Virus record (IMG/VR): IMGVR_UViG_3300028558_000016
Location: 418,157-482,156 of that record
Length of the DNA stretch: 64,000 nucleotides
Direction: 5' to 3' (one strand)
In this document: one piece after another, positions 63,873 to 64,000 of the stretch
Position numbering within the stretch: the stretch's first letter is position 1
Layout: every line of letters begins with the position of its first letter
Made by a program: the position numbers and the translations under genes
The notes under the pieces: generated by a model
Seen by the model: the letters and a program-made list of their open reading frames with translations, nothing else
The model's database searches: none
What the model was told of the DNA's origin: nothing

Positions 63873-64000
63873 CTAAATCTAAGAATTTGTTCCAGGACCT
63901 AATAAGTCCCTCTATGTTGTCCTTGCCGACACTGTTTGCACTATGGACGTTTATGTCCACGTTCCTGAGATCGTATTTCATCTCATAGATCATCCACTTG
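63859..64000 (-). CDS. Partial CDS: C-terminus of a cyclic-phosphate-processing receiver-like (cREC) protein
   Basis: KWMIYE..INVHSANSVGKDNIEGLI; 5' part lies beyond the window. Confidence 0.6.
   Translation of the reverse strand, partial: KWMIYEMKYDLRNVDINVHSANSVGKDNIEGLIRSWNKFLDLEEGN

Noticed and set aside
1-64000. Eukaryotic giant-virus origin (suggested by MVP and an aminoacyl-tRNA synthetase)
   Set aside because: T4-like terminase, sheath, tube and baseplate genes, a sigma factor, bacterial-type tRNAs and intrinsic terminators all indicate a bacteriophage.
1-64000. Stop-codon reassignment
   Set aside because: Long conserved genes (sheath, terminase, MVP, tape measure) are intact in the standard code and coding density is high.

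Overview
64-kb fragment of a very large, AT-rich T4-like myophage (jumbo/mega-phage type) genome read in the standard bacterial code. The host is probably Bacteroidota, inferred from TAnnTTTG promoter boxes, A-rich leaders mostly without Shine-Dalgarno sequences, an Hc1 histone-like gene and a Bacteroidota-type glucosaminidase. The left third (1-21.9 kb, mostly + strand) is accessory and translation-related. It holds three Arg tRNA or tRNA-like genes around a shortened arginyl-tRNA synthetase, tRNA-Ile2(CAU), a MoxR ATPase/vWA pair, coaE, a bL12-domain fusion, NUDIX, cupin, histone-like proteins and an 838-aa major vault protein homologue. The - strand block (21.9-56.4 kb) holds late genes: terminase large subunit, tail sheath, tail tube, gp26/gp51-like baseplate hub genes, tape measure, two muralytic enzymes, an ECF-type sigma factor, dCMP deaminase and a PD-(D/E)XK nuclease. 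The small terminase, a 2H phosphoesterase and a partial cREC-like gene lie at the right end. The most striking structure is about 40 short, otherwise unrelated ORFs sharing an N-terminal MKHIKLFE.F(L)NE peptide that resembles the T4 internal-protein capsid-targeting sequence. Thirty of them form a 12-kb array through the tail operon, and the cargoes include ART-like, GNAT, HiPIP-like and DUF2314 domains. All family assignments come from recalled motifs; no database search was run.
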